Sequence record: MZ576218
Length of the DNA stretch: 44,540 bases
Strand: one strand, 5' to 3'
From: Escherichia phage vB_EcoS-phiEc4
Shown here: piece by piece, positions 24,920 through 34,222 of the stretch
How the letters are laid out: each line of letters begins with the position of its first letter
Position numbering within the stretch: position 1 is the first letter of the stretch
Notes under the pieces: model-generated
What the model saw: the letters and a program-made list of their open reading frames with translations, nothing else
What the model was told of the DNA's origin: nothing
Databases searched by the model: none
Made by a program: the position numbers and the translations under genes

Positions 24920-26340
24920 TTCTTACTCCTACGTTTCATATAATTAAGTAGTTCATCCTGTACAGACCTTTTCTCGTCTGTACGCGCCGCAACAACCTCG
25001 TCCAGAGTGTCTTTAGCAACGATGTGATAAAGGAACACCGGGCGCTCGTGACCCGCCTGTTTCTGGCGGACTGGGCCTATGCGCTCAACAACCTGCAAAT
25101 AGTGCTCAAGGTTCCAGCCTTGCGAGATGAACGCCAGATGATGACCCCCGTCCTGTAAATTCAAACCATGCCCGGCTGACGCAGGATGCACGCATAAAAT
25201 CTCGATTTCCCCACGGTTCCACGCTTCCATCTGCTTGTTCCCCCTAGCGCCTTTGGCGAACGCCTGTGCCTGTGGGAATCGCTTAAGGATACGCTCCAGT
25301 TCGTGTTTAAACTGATAGGCTACCAGCAACGGCGCACCCTGCAACTCCTCAACAATCGACTCGAGCGCATCCAGTTTCGTGTCGTGCACTTTCTCCCAGT
25401 CTTTGGTCGCTTCGCCGTCTGGCCCGGATACATATACAGCACCAGATGCAATCTGCAAGCACTTTGAGGTCTTCGCCGCAGCGTTAGCCGCTTCAACTTC
25501 CCCGCTCTCCAGTTCTGCGAATAACTTCTCCTCCATATCTATGTACGCCTGACGCGCTTTCTTCGGCAGGTCTATTTCCACCGGTACGATAACAGGCGCT
25601 TCACAACCAAACCACTCGGCAGGGTCTATGGTCAGGCTGATGTCTTTCATCTTCTGATGAATCTCATTATCCGCACCCGGTCGTGCATGATACTCGCGGG
25701 CCATAGCCGATTTACCTTTCTGTACCGAGTTAAACCAGCGGTCGGTGAATGCTGTGTACGAAGAGCCGAGGCGCTCGCCAGCGTCGATAAACCAGTTCTG
25801 ACCCCACAAGTCTTTGAGGCCGTTTGGTGACGGTGTGCCTGTCAGGTTGATGAAACGCTTAACCTTTCCGAACGCAACCTTGCTGAGCGCCTTTGCCCGC
25901 TTGCTACCACCCGAACGGCTGCGGAACGATTTAAGCTTCGTGCTTTCATCGGCAACGATAACCGTAAAAGGCCAGTCGTCTTTGCCGTAGTAGTCAATTA
26001 GCCACTCGATAACTTCGTAGTTAGTGCACACCACGTTAGCATCTGACTCCAGCGCTGCGATGCGGCGCTTCTCCGAACCAGTTGCATCTACGACACGCAG
26101 ACAAGGGAATTGCCATTTCTCTTGTTCAGCAGGCCACGTACCGGACGCAACACGTAACGGGGCAAGGATTAACACGCGGTCCTCTTCCGTAAGCTGCCCG
26201 TTGCGGAACAGGCGGTTGAGCACCCACATAGTGGAGGAGGTTTTACCTCCCCCCATTCCGCACCAGATATTACAGCGCGGGTGTTGCAGCATGAACGAGG
26301 TCATGAGCTTCTGGTACTCGCGTCTTTGAAACTTACTCAT
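24916..26340 (-). CDS. SNF2-family helicase
   Basis: 474 aa; Walker A GMGGGKT, DExx box DESTK, motif III LTGTPSPN. Confidence 0.75.
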   Translation of the reverse strand: MSKFQRREYQKLMTSFMLQHPRCNIWCGMGGGKTSSTMWVLNRLFRNGQLTEEDRVLILAPLRVASGTWPAEQEKWQFPCLRVVDATGSEKRRIAALESDANVVCTNYEVIEWLIDYYGKDDWPFTVIVADESTKLKSFRSRSGGSKRAKALSKVAFGKVKRFINLTGTPSPNGLKDLWGQNWFIDAGERLGSSYTAFTDRWFNSVQKGKSAMAREYHARPGADNEIHQKMKDISLTIDPAEWFGCEAPVIVPVEIDLPKKARQAYIDMEEKLFAELESGEVEAANAAAKTSKCLQIASGAVYVSGPDGEATKDWEKVHDTKLDALESIVEELQGAPLLVAYQFKHELERILKRFPQAQAFAKGARGNKQMEAWNRGEIEILCVHPASAGHGLNLQDGGHHLAFISQGWNLEHYLQVVERIGPVRQKQAGHERPVFLYHIVAKDTLDEVVAARTDEKRSVQDELLNYMKRRSKK

Positions 26341-27277
26341 TTACCGCCCCCATGAATGCCTTTATAAATTCAGCGGCTACTTGCGGGACGATGGCATTGC
26401 CGTAACCGCGCAATCGTCCCACTCTGGCGGGTATCCCATTAGCCAGCGGGAATGCGCCGGGTTCAACTGGCCGGAATTTTCCATCCCGGCAGCCGAGCCA
26501 GTCAGCATCTGACCAGAAGCCGTGATGCGAATTGGTTGCGTTATCGCCGCTGCTTGTGCCACGTCTTGAGGTCCACCCTTCCTCTGAATCTCCGATAGTG
26601 CCCCCTCTAGTGTTCTCACGTTCTTTTCCCCGTCCGCACTGCGAGGAGTAGGCCAATTCGTCAGTTTTAGCCCCTGTTCCGTTGAGTAGTCCAGCCTGTC
26701 GAATGTTCTGTCCTTCCCGTCCTTGCGGATAACAGTCTCTCCGCTCCCTTTGTAATCGTTCGCGGTCGGTGTCGGCCAATTCGTGCGCACCAAAGAAGAG
26801 TCGTTCTCTTTTGTGCGGAGCGCCGACGCTACAAGCTGGGAGTACGGCAAACCCGACGGCGTAGTCTTCTCCTTCCAGGTGAGTTTGTAAATCGCACATC
26901 CACGATTTTGCAATTGCTGGCGCAACCTGTTCCCCAAAGAGGACTGGAGGGTGGCACTCGCTGATGAGGTCAAGGAATACGGGCGCGAGGTGTCTCGGGT
27001 CGAACTGTCCGAGTTGCTTTCCTGCCGTGCTAAACGGTTGGCAAGGCGGGCTTCCCGTCCAGAGAGGCGCATCTTCCGGAACTCCCGCAAGTCTGAGCGC
27101 GAGAGGCCAGCCGCCGATACCAGCGAAAAAATGACACTGGGTGAATCCGTCGAGGTCTTCTGGCTTAACTTCAGTAATGCTTCTTTCATCTACAACTCCA
27201 AAAGGTATGTGACCCTGTTTTATTAATTCACGCAGCCACGCGGCTGCGCCTTTATCCCATTCGTTGTAATAGTTCAT
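26333..27277 (-). CDS. DNA (cytosine-5) methyltransferase
   Basis: 314 aa; motif I FAGIGG, motif IV SPPCQPFS, motif VIII KRERLFF, motif X GNAIVPQVA; atypical low-complexity variable region. Confidence 0.7.
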   Translation of the reverse strand: MNYYNEWDKGAAAWLRELIKQGHIPFGVVDERSITEVKPEDLDGFTQCHFFAGIGGWPLALRLAGVPEDAPLWTGSPPCQPFSTAGKQLGQFDPRHLAPVFLDLISECHPPVLFGEQVAPAIAKSWMCDLQTHLEGEDYAVGFAVLPACSVGAPHKRERLFFGAHELADTDRERLQRERRDCYPQGREGQNIRQAGLLNGTGAKTDELAYSSQCGRGKERENTRGGTIGDSEEGWTSRRGTSSGDNATNSHHGFWSDADWLGCRDGKFRPVEPGAFPLANGIPARVGRLRGYGNAIVPQVAAEFIKAFMGAVNE

Positions 27278-27465
27278 TTTGCCACCAGAACTAACTCTTT
27301 ACGCCCGAACGCCGTAACGTTACCGGTTACATCTTCGATAACCAGTTTACCGTTCGACTCGACGTACACCGTATCAACGGCAACAGGCCGACGGGTCTTA
27401 ACGTTGAAAATCATGTCGCCAGGTACGATGTCACGTGCTGGTTTGCGGTCATATTCGTGTTTCAT
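27274..27465 (-). CDS. hypothetical protein
   Basis: 63 aa ORF, ATGA-coupled to methyltransferase gene; preceded by P_B promoter. Confidence 0.5.
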   Translation of the reverse strand: MKHEYDRKPARDIVPGDMIFNVKTRRPVAVDTVYVESNGKLVIEDVTGNVTAFGRKELVLVAK

Positions 27466-27495
27466 TTCTCAATTACTTATATTGTTGGTGTAGGA

Positions 27496-27783
27496 CTAAC
27501 TATAATAGTTCGCTATTAGGGCGTCAACCTGTTTAAACGAACCAACGACAAAAACATTAGCACCACGCTTACGCATCCGCTCGTGCTCCCGTAACTGGTG
27601 TGGATCCGGCTTCGTGCTTTCGTCTTTCTTTATCTCGACGAACCAGATGACGCCGCCGGGGAGAATTACCAGCAGGTCAGGGGCGCCGGAACGTCCTTCG
27701 TAGGAAAGTTTACGAACGAGGCCACCAATGGCCTCGAATCGGTCTTTTGCGTATTTCTGTATTTTGCCCTCAGGCGTACTCAT
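27496..27783 (-). CDS. VRR-NUC domain nuclease
   Basis: track ORF 27496..27819; likely start ATG 27783 with RBS GAGGGG; motif GAPDLLVILPGGVIWFVEIKK. Confidence 0.7.
   Translation of the reverse strand: MSTPEGKIQKYAKDRFEAIGGLVRKLSYEGRSGAPDLLVILPGGVIWFVEIKKDESTKPDPHQLREHERMRKRGANVFVVGSFKQVDALIANYYS
27499..27527 (-). promoter_or_regulatory. promoter P_B (TTGACG-17-TATAGT) with AATAG-TTCG-CTATT palindrome in spacer
   Basis: reverse complement reads TTGACGCCCTAATAGCGAACTATTATAGT; same layout as 31259..31287 and 34170..34198. Confidence 0.55.
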
Positions 27784-27868
27784 CCACACACCCCTCACGT
27801 TTCGTATGCGCAATACCACAGCGCGGACAGATCCGGCGGTCTTCTTCGTAGAACCAGTAAATTTTCAT
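27770..27868 (-). CDS. 32-aa Cys-rich micro-protein (MKIYWFYEEDRRICPRCGIAHTKREGCVDEYA)
   Basis: not in track; ATGA overlap with upstream micro-ORF; CxxC..H..C spacing. Confidence 0.25.
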   Translation of the reverse strand: MKIYWFYEEDRRICPRCGIAHTKREGCVDEYA

Positions 27869-27996
27869 TCCAGCACCCACAGATAAATTGTTACTAACAT
27901 ACCTAATACGGCAACCATCATGCCGTATTGACCCTCGTGACAGTAGACACCGGCGGCGAATCCCGCCAGTACCGCAATAATCAGTTTACTTGGCAT
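27865..27996 (-). CDS. 43-aa hydrophobic micro-protein (MPSKLIIAVLAGFAAGVYCHEGQYGMMVAVLGMLVTIYLWVLE)
   Basis: not in track; start overlaps 3' end of polymerase gene. Confidence 0.3.
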   Translation of the reverse strand: MPSKLIIAVLAGFAAGVYCHEGQYGMMVAVLGMLVTIYLWVLE

Positions 27997-30250
27997 ATCG
28001 CTTCATCTCCGCACCTTCAGCTACAAGAGGGAACCCCTCCGCCCATTCCGGCAATTCGCACATCAACCGCTCAAGCTCTGCTACATTGTATTCCGGTGAA
28101 TCTGGTGTCTCGCAGATAATCTCATCGTGTACGTGAAGTACAATCGGGTAGCCGTTTGCTTCTACGTTCAGCAGGGCATTAGCCAGCAAATCACGGCACA
28201 ATGCCTGAGTGCAGTTTTCCACCAGTTTACCGGAGTAGGTGTACTGGAAGCCCCACTGCCTGGTTAACTGATTTTCACCCTGATACTTGATGCGCACGTT
28301 AGTAGAAACTTTTCCGTCTTCGTCTGTCTCTTTTGACACGCTCAACCCGACGCCCGGGTATGACATAACGCGACCTGACGGCAACGTCATGCGCAACCAC
28401 CAACCAGCGACTTTGTTGCCGTTGTTGTCTGTTTCTACGTTGCGAGAAAACTTAACCCCGCGAGGGCCAGCGGTGAACTCTTTACCTGGATTGCGGATAG
28501 CTGCCATAGCGGCGTCTTCAATATCCCGCCAGAACGCTACTGTTTCCGGGTGGGACTCCCGCCACATACGCTTGATAGCGTCGCAGGTACGCCACACTTT
28601 CTTATCAAGAATATATGATGGTCGGTCATCTTTTTCACCGGGCCGCGGAGGTCGCTTTGCTTCCTGAATACGCGCCCATTCATAGCCGCGTGCAGTAGCG
28701 GCCCATATATGGTCCGGGAAAGTACCGTCCATTGTTTTAGCCATATCAACCAGGTTTAAGCCGAGGTTCTTAGCAAACTGAACGAAAGCACCGACACCAC
28801 CAGCATAGCCAAGTCCCAATTCACATGCTTTACCTATCTGGCGTAGGTCACTACGGCTTTCGAGAATGTAATCAGGGTCCATGCCGAACATCTTACCCGC
28901 GGTTACACAGTAAATATCCAATCCCGCACGGAAGGTATCGAGAGCGGTTTCTTCTCCCGCCAGCCATGCCAACCCGCGACCTTCAACGTTAGAGTAATCA
29001 GCTACGACAAACTTACGCCCGGCTTCCGGTATGATGCAGCTACGCACCGTCGATGCCGTTAGCTTGGCTACATCGAAACGGCGATGCGCGCGGCCTTTAA
29101 ACAACAGGTCGATTCCGTAGGACAATGGGTGTGTTACTCTCCACCAATCCTTCTCTGACATCCAGTCATAACGTACTTTCTTCTTTTTATTCTTCGGGTC
29201 GTCGTGATAGTACCCACGCGCGAGGTTCTGCGGCTGGAAGCCTTTACCTGCAAACCGTAACGTACGCTTAGCTCCACCATATTGTATGCAACCGCGACGG
29301 CGGTCGTCAGAAGAGCGGCCTAACAGCAGCGGGTTATATTTCGTGGACGCTGTTGACGCGGCCCCGAGGCGCATTTCGATAATCGTGCGGGCGTCGTCAG
29401 GTAAATCATCATCGGCCAGCAGGTCATTCAGCGTCGACTTCTGTGCGTTGTGTATGCGGTGTGCGGGGGCCAGTTCACGTAGAATAGGCAGAAAGTCCTT
29501 ACCGGTAAGCGAGCCGCCGTATTTACGTTGAGCTTCTTCCTGTAACTGTGCCTTGTGCTTCTCTACGGCTTCAATCGCGGCTTCCGCCAGTGCGACGTCA
29601 ACCTTAAATCCGCGGTCGTTGATTAACTGGTCAAGTTCCAGTACACGGTCTTCGAACTCGGAGTTACCCCAACGCGGCAGCTTATGGAAGACTTCACGCA
29701 TCGCAGTGATGTCGCTCACGGCGTACCTGATGAACATCGCCCACTCGTCAGGGTGAGTTTCTGCGGTGTAGCGGCGGATTTTGTAGTTCTTCGGCGTCGG
29801 TTTAGAGAAACGCTTAATCAGAGCCTTGCCGCGTTTATCTTTCGCGTTGTCTGCAGACACGCCCAGCACTTCGCACAGCGCATCAAGAGAACCCGGCAGC
29901 GCGTGACGGAACGCCCAAATCATAGTATCAATGGTGTTACTTACCGGAATATCAAAGCCCCAGCAGTGTTTCATGATTAGGCGATCGAAAAGTCCACCGT
30001 TGTGCCACACAATCTTGATGCGGCTGTTGGGCTTAACAAGGCGGCGCAGTGCGCGGTGCAAATCCCCCGGCATGTCGCTGCCGTCGGTGCAATCCCATAC
30101 CTGCACAGGCTCTTCGTCAAAAGCATAGGTACAGATAAGCACTTCGGTTGACGGGTGTTCAGCGTAAGCGTAGGAACCTACTTTCTTCAAATCGATGTCG
30201 CTGTAGGTTTCAAAGTCTAAGTAAAGCAATGTGTTCATAGTCTGTACCAC
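27986..30250 (-). CDS. DNA polymerase, family A with 3'-5' exonuclease domain
   Basis: 754 aa; Exo I LYLDFETYS; motif B-like RQIGKACELGLGYAGG; motif C VHDEI. Confidence 0.85.
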   Translation of the reverse strand: MVQTMNTLLYLDFETYSDIDLKKVGSYAYAEHPSTEVLICTYAFDEEPVQVWDCTDGSDMPGDLHRALRRLVKPNSRIKIVWHNGGLFDRLIMKHCWGFDIPVSNTIDTMIWAFRHALPGSLDALCEVLGVSADNAKDKRGKALIKRFSKPTPKNYKIRRYTAETHPDEWAMFIRYAVSDITAMREVFHKLPRWGNSEFEDRVLELDQLINDRGFKVDVALAEAAIEAVEKHKAQLQEEAQRKYGGSLTGKDFLPILRELAPAHRIHNAQKSTLNDLLADDDLPDDARTIIEMRLGAASTASTKYNPLLLGRSSDDRRRGCIQYGGAKRTLRFAGKGFQPQNLARGYYHDDPKNKKKKVRYDWMSEKDWWRVTHPLSYGIDLLFKGRAHRRFDVAKLTASTVRSCIIPEAGRKFVVADYSNVEGRGLAWLAGEETALDTFRAGLDIYCVTAGKMFGMDPDYILESRSDLRQIGKACELGLGYAGGVGAFVQFAKNLGLNLVDMAKTMDGTFPDHIWAATARGYEWARIQEAKRPPRPGEKDDRPSYILDKKVWRTCDAIKRMWRESHPETVAFWRDIEDAAMAAIRNPGKEFTAGPRGVKFSRNVETDNNGNKVAGWWLRMTLPSGRVMSYPGVGLSVSKETDEDGKVSTNVRIKYQGENQLTRQWGFQYTYSGKLVENCTQALCRDLLANALLNVEANGYPIVLHVHDEIICETPDSPEYNVAELERLMCELPEWAEGFPLVAEGAEMKRYAK

Positions 30251-30513
30251 GTCTGATAGTCTGCTTCTGTGAGATGGTCGTCGCGATCTTGTTTCTTGTT
30301 TTTACCGCGTTCTATGATTTCTGCCCAAGTCCGGTCTGGGTCTGTGTCTTCTATTAAATGTTTATGCTCCTCGCATGCATAGTGTTTATACCAGTCTCGT
30401 ACACCGTAAGCTGGAGGGTATTTAGTCATCCAAATTGCTCTAACTTTTTTACCTTCTGCCTTACAAAATTTGCAGTATGTGATGCGTCTGTATCTCTTAA
30501 GTTCCGCTGCCAT
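30235..30513 (-). CDS. hypothetical Cys/His-rich protein
   Basis: 92 aa with CKFCK...C..H spacing. Confidence 0.5.
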   Translation of the reverse strand: MAAELKRYRRITYCKFCKAEGKKVRAIWMTKYPPAYGVRDWYKHYACEEHKHLIEDTDPDRTWAEIIERGKNKKQDRDDHLTEADYQTWYRL

Positions 30514-30525
30514 TATTTTCGACCC

Positions 30526-30553
30526 TTAGTAAAAAGGCCCAATGAAGGGCCTT
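30526..30553 (-). terminator. hairpin AAGGCCC-TTCATT-GGGCCTT followed by TTTTTACT (minus strand)
   Basis: read on reverse complement downstream of 30573..31205. Confidence 0.5.
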
Positions 30554-30572
30554 AGTTAAACAGATTCAGATA

Positions 30573-31205
30573 TTAACCACGGCGACGACGTTCGCGGCGC
30601 GGTGCTTCATCTTCTTCGTCGTCTTCCAGGTCGTCGGTGCTCGCTACTACACTGGAGCCGCCGAAGCGTTTACCTTCGCCCATATACTTGATGCCGAGGA
30701 TGGTAGCGCACAGGTTTTTCCAATCTTTGTGCCACCATAATTCTACAGATACGTTTGCGATACATCCGCTATATACCTGCTCGCCTTCTATTTCTTTCCC
30801 GTCGATGTTGAAATCAGGCTCGGTTTGTTTTTCACCTTTAGCCGATGTCATAATCACCGGTTGGCGGTTGTTTGTAGCGCGGAAATACAGACCTTCTTCA
30901 AAATCCTCAATCGGATTATCTCGCATTGCCAGGTCACGGACGCAGCATTTGTCTGCGTGGTGGTCTACACCGTAGTTGGCCTTCATCCATTTCTCGGCAG
31001 CAGCGGCCCCGATTGCATCTGTTACAACTTCCAACGCGGTGTCGTAAAGCGCATCAATTTGAGGATGGTCAGGCTGCATAAGAACAGTAACCTGATACTT
31101 ACCCTTAATCAGTTTACCGGTTTTCTTGTCCTCAGAGTCGGCGGCACGTTCAAATACGTTAACCCAAGCAGTGTTTACTTTACGCAGATTCAGTTTAATA
31201 CCCAT
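30573..31205 (-). CDS. hypothetical protein, possible ssDNA-binding protein
   Basis: 210 aa with acidic tail DDLEDDEEDE; assignment tentative. Confidence 0.35.
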   Translation of the reverse strand: MGIKLNLRKVNTAWVNVFERAADSEDKKTGKLIKGKYQVTVLMQPDHPQIDALYDTALEVVTDAIGAAAAEKWMKANYGVDHHADKCCVRDLAMRDNPIEDFEEGLYFRATNNRQPVIMTSAKGEKQTEPDFNIDGKEIEGEQVYSGCIANVSVELWWHKDWKNLCATILGIKYMGEGKRFGGSSVVASTDDLEDDEEDEAPRRERRRRG

Positions 31206-31258
31206 CGTGATTTCTCGCTTTTAAGTTTACTCCGGGAGCTGCCCGGCCAGTGATTAGA

Positions 31259-31287
31259 ACTATAATAGCTAACTATTCATGTGTCAA
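31259..31287 (-). promoter_or_regulatory. promoter P_B (TTGACA-17-TATAGT) with AATAG-CTAA-CTATT palindrome in spacer
   Basis: reverse complement reads TTGACACATGAATAGTTAGCTATTATAGT. Confidence 0.6.
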
Positions 31288-31476
31288 ATAAAATTTTGCA
31301 ATAGGGATTATGTTCTCGAAATTAAGCATATTGGCCGGTTCGAACTCATCCTCTACAGGGTAGTATCGCATCATGGTACCGTTCAAGAACGTGAACGATT
31401 CCGAGTGTAGATACCCATCCCAGCGCCATACCATCAAAAAATCTTTATCAGTCGGCATTTCATTTACTTGAATCAT
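31273..31476 (-). CDS. hypothetical protein
   Basis: track ORF 31273..31506; likely start ATG 31476 with RBS GAGGAGGA and ATGA overlap. Confidence 0.45.
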   Translation of the reverse strand: MIQVNEMPTDKDFLMVWRWDGYLHSESFTFLNGTMMRYYPVEDEFEPANMLNFENIIPIAKFYLTHE

Positions 31477-32714
31477 TCTAAATCCTCCTCTGTAACTTGA
31501 TTCCACTCAGGACGTTTGTCATCCGCCGTTGCGACGCATGGCGCACCGGGCTTACGGGTAATGAAGTCTTTCAGTTCTTCTTCCGGTACAATTTTAACCG
31601 CTTCGGTCGGTGTCATAAGAACTACCTTTTGCAGCATAGTACCGTACTTCTCGAATACTGCATCGGTATCTTTCCACGCACGATTACCCGGGCGTCCTTC
31701 AACCAGTTTATACCCCGGCACTTTCTTACCGGAATGTAACGCAGCAGCCATAGCTTTCTCAACCTTGTCGATGTGCTGGCGCAACAACGGCAACTTCTCA
31801 TACTCAGCTACGAGTTGCTCTGGCGTAAGCTCAAGTGCAAAGTCGTCCTCCAGTTCTTCAGCCAGTACAGAGTTAACGGTTTTTGTACGCGCGGCGCATT
31901 GTTCAGAGAACCGGCACCACTGGCAACCATCTACCGACGGCTTAAAGTCTGACGCTTTCAGGTCCTTCTTGCCGCGGAAATAAGCATCAAGCGCTAACAG
32001 CGCGCGTTTCTGTGCGAACTTAGCGAACAGTTCCAGTCCTTCAACCGAGATGTCCCACTCTGTCGCACCCCCAGCGTAAGGCTGGAAGATGACCAGACGA
32101 ACGGTTGTTATGCTATAACGTCTCTTGAGTCGACGATAAACACCGAGAGCGTAAAGCATAAGCTGCTTGTTTTCTTTCGCTTCGACGCGATGCCGCCCGG
32201 TTTTCAGGTCGCCGATAATGAGCATGTGCTCGTCGGTGTTTGCCAGTTCCTGGACAGCAACGAGGTCAGCGGTTCCGAACGTCTCAACGCCTTCATACCC
32301 CGGATGCAATACCTCAGTAAGATTAACACGCATTTCCAGCTTGGCGTAAGTCGCTACGTCTATAATCGCTTTGCAGTAGTCGGTGTACTTGCGCACCTGC
32401 TCAATCATGTCCGCCGTAATCAGTACCGCGCCTTTCATCGGGCTGATTAGTGCCTTAATCTGGCCTTTGCCTTCATCCAGCACGTAAGCACCGACTTCAC
32501 GCTCTAACGGCAGCGCAGTTCCGCGAATATAAGCGTTGAGATGGACCTCAGCTATGGTGTGCATTGCCGTGCCTAATACAGCGGCTTTACCTGACGTGTT
32601 AGGGATATCTTTTTCACAGGCCAGTGATGCCGCGCAACTTAGCCACTTTTTAGCCCCTGACGGCGACAGTAAGGCATGTACATCGTTATTGCCGCCGCGT
32701 TCTTTAAGAATCAT
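31473..32714 (-). CDS. PD-(D/E)xK exonuclease, Cas4/RecB-like
   Basis: 413 aa; nuclease motifs GTADLVAV and IIGDLKTGR; C-terminal CQWCRFSEQC cysteine cluster. Confidence 0.7.
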   Translation of the reverse strand: MILKERGGNNDVHALLSPSGAKKWLSCAASLACEKDIPNTSGKAAVLGTAMHTIAEVHLNAYIRGTALPLEREVGAYVLDEGKGQIKALISPMKGAVLITADMIEQVRKYTDYCKAIIDVATYAKLEMRVNLTEVLHPGYEGVETFGTADLVAVQELANTDEHMLIIGDLKTGRHRVEAKENKQLMLYALGVYRRLKRRYSITTVRLVIFQPYAGGATEWDISVEGLELFAKFAQKRALLALDAYFRGKKDLKASDFKPSVDGCQWCRFSEQCAARTKTVNSVLAEELEDDFALELTPEQLVAEYEKLPLLRQHIDKVEKAMAAALHSGKKVPGYKLVEGRPGNRAWKDTDAVFEKYGTMLQKVVLMTPTEAVKIVPEEELKDFITRKPGAPCVATADDKRPEWNQVTEEDLE

Positions 32715-33058
32715 CGTAAACTCTCCAAATACAAGTTTAATGCCTGTAACTGTTCTTCTGTAGGAATGAAAGAATCATCGCGATGTAAGTCGCTTAACTG
32801 TTGCAACATTCCTGCGAACTGACGTCTTGCGTCAACAGCGTCCATGTGATGCTTTTCACTTTTATATATTAATGTTTTCGGGTAATCCTCAAGCCTGCCA
32901 GACGATTTATTCACGCGGAGCGCACGAGCTTCATGCACAATGTGAATGTACTTTTTGCCGTTTTGTAACACAGTAGCTACGCCGCTGCTCTTTCTGCGGT
33001 CGCCGACTGTGTAAACCTTGTCGCCACTACGCAGATTAAGCCACCATTTATCGGTCAT
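32711..33058 (-). CDS. hypothetical protein
   Basis: track ORF 32711..33073; likely start ATG 33058 (ATGA overlap). Confidence 0.45.
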   Translation of the reverse strand: MTDKWWLNLRSGDKVYTVGDRRKSSGVATVLQNGKKYIHIVHEARALRVNKSSGRLEDYPKTLIYKSEKHHMDAVDARRQFAGMLQQLSDLHRDDSFIPTEEQLQALNLYLESLR

Positions 33059-33327
33059 ACCCTGTTCTCCCACTGGTCAATTAAATGTCGTGTCTTATGG
33101 TCGCAGTGCATGGTCCACCCATACATCGACTCGAAGACATAAAAGTCAGGCTTGGCGAAAGTTGTGCGCTTAATCTGTGACACGTGACGGCCTATATCTT
33201 TAGGCCGTGGTACTTTTCCTAAGTACGCCATCTCTTCCATCTGGTGCGCACCGGACGGAGCACGCAATAGCCATAGCGCCTCTGTGTTATCCCGCCTGTC
33301 GACGGCTCGGTAGAGTTGGTAAATCAT
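33055..33327 (-). CDS. hypothetical protein
   Basis: 90 aa ORF with RBS GAGGG. Confidence 0.45.
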   Translation of the reverse strand: MIYQLYRAVDRRDNTEALWLLRAPSGAHQMEEMAYLGKVPRPKDIGRHVSQIKRTTFAKPDFYVFESMYGWTMHCDHKTRHLIDQWENRV

Positions 33328-33370
33328 AATTCCGACCCTCAGTTAAAGCGGCCCGAAGGCCGCGAGATAG

Positions 33371-33889
33371 TTATTCTTCTTCGAAATACTTGTTCTTGAT
33401 TGCTGTCAGGCGTTCCAGGTACTCAACCAGGTCTTCGTCTTTAATCGCGGCAATCTTCATCTTCTTACCTGTGAACTCTTCCAGCAGTTCATCAGAATCA
33501 TCGCACGCGGCATCGCTAGGACCTTCATTAATTGCATCGTCGATGGCCTGAATCTGGTCACGCAGAGACTTGTAATCGACTTCTTCTTTCTCTTCTTCCG
33601 GTTCTGGCGCAGGTTCCTCTACTTTAGCTTTACGCGGCTTGCGTTTTGGCTTCTCTTCCTCCGCCGGTTTAGTGTCAACTACGTCTTCACCCTCGACCGG
33701 GATTTCTTTTGTTTCTTCTTTTACAACAGTAGGCGTGATTGTTGCAGTTTCTGCGACACCACTGTCGACGTCTTTACCATATGGCGCCGTGATAGCCTTC
33801 GGCAGTTCAGTACGGCGTGCACTGTTCGCAGCAATCAGTTCATGCGCAACTACGAAACGTTCCAGTAATACTAAGAATTTCTCTAACAT
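33371..33889 (-). CDS. acidic low-complexity protein
   Basis: 172 aa, Glu/Lys/Pro-rich central region. Confidence 0.5.
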   Translation of the reverse strand: MLEKFLVLLERFVVAHELIAANSARRTELPKAITAPYGKDVDSGVAETATITPTVVKEETKEIPVEGEDVVDTKPAEEEKPKRKPRKAKVEEPAPEPEEEKEEVDYKSLRDQIQAIDDAINEGPSDAACDDSDELLEEFTGKKMKIAAIKDEDLVEYLERLTAIKNKYFEEE

Positions 33890-33913
33890 TATTTATTCTC
33901 CTGTTTATTTGGG

Positions 33914-34141
33914 TTACTCGCCGTCGCCTTCTGTAAGGCTATCGTCTATTAATTCAAATTTACCGTTTGGGTGTTGAATAGCTTCTTGCCCGCAATGGTC
34001 GCAGACAACAAGTTTATCGAACCCATCAAACTCGTCCCCGACTACGCAAGAAAGTACAAATTTATGTTTTGTGCACACTTCCTGCGATTCTCCGAAAATT
34101 GCTAGAAAACCTTTAGCTATGGCTCCCGTTATTGTGTTCAT
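33914..34141 (-). CDS. hypothetical Cys-rich protein
   Basis: 75 aa; C...C...CDHC spacing; RBS GAGGGG; preceded by P_B promoter. Confidence 0.5.
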   Translation of the reverse strand: MNTITGAIAKGFLAIFGESQEVCTKHKFVLSCVVGDEFDGFDKLVVCDHCGQEAIQHPNGKFELIDDSLTEGDGE

Positions 34142-34169
34142 ATCCGCCCCTCTCGTTTGGTATGGGCTA

Positions 34170-34198
34170 ACTATAATAGCGAACTATTCACATGTCAA
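34170..34198 (-). promoter_or_regulatory. promoter P_B (TTGACA-17-TATAGT) with AATAG-CGAA-CTATT palindrome in spacer
   Basis: reverse complement reads TTGACATGTGAATAGTTCGCTATTATAGT; divergent from the HTH gene promoter. Confidence 0.6.
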
Positions 34199-34222
34199 TG
34201 GGCTTTTCTAAAATAATTAATA

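Noticed and set aside
26377-27189. 270-aa minus-strand ORF in an alternative frame
   Set aside because: Same strand but different frame within the methyltransferase gene; the methyltransferase frame carries the recognisable motifs.
28287-30128. Plus-strand ORFs inside the polymerase region (28287..28667, 29286..29531, 29553..29756, 29684..29980, 29931..30128)
   Set aside because: Antisense to the DNA polymerase gene, whose frame carries the conserved exonuclease and polymerase motifs.
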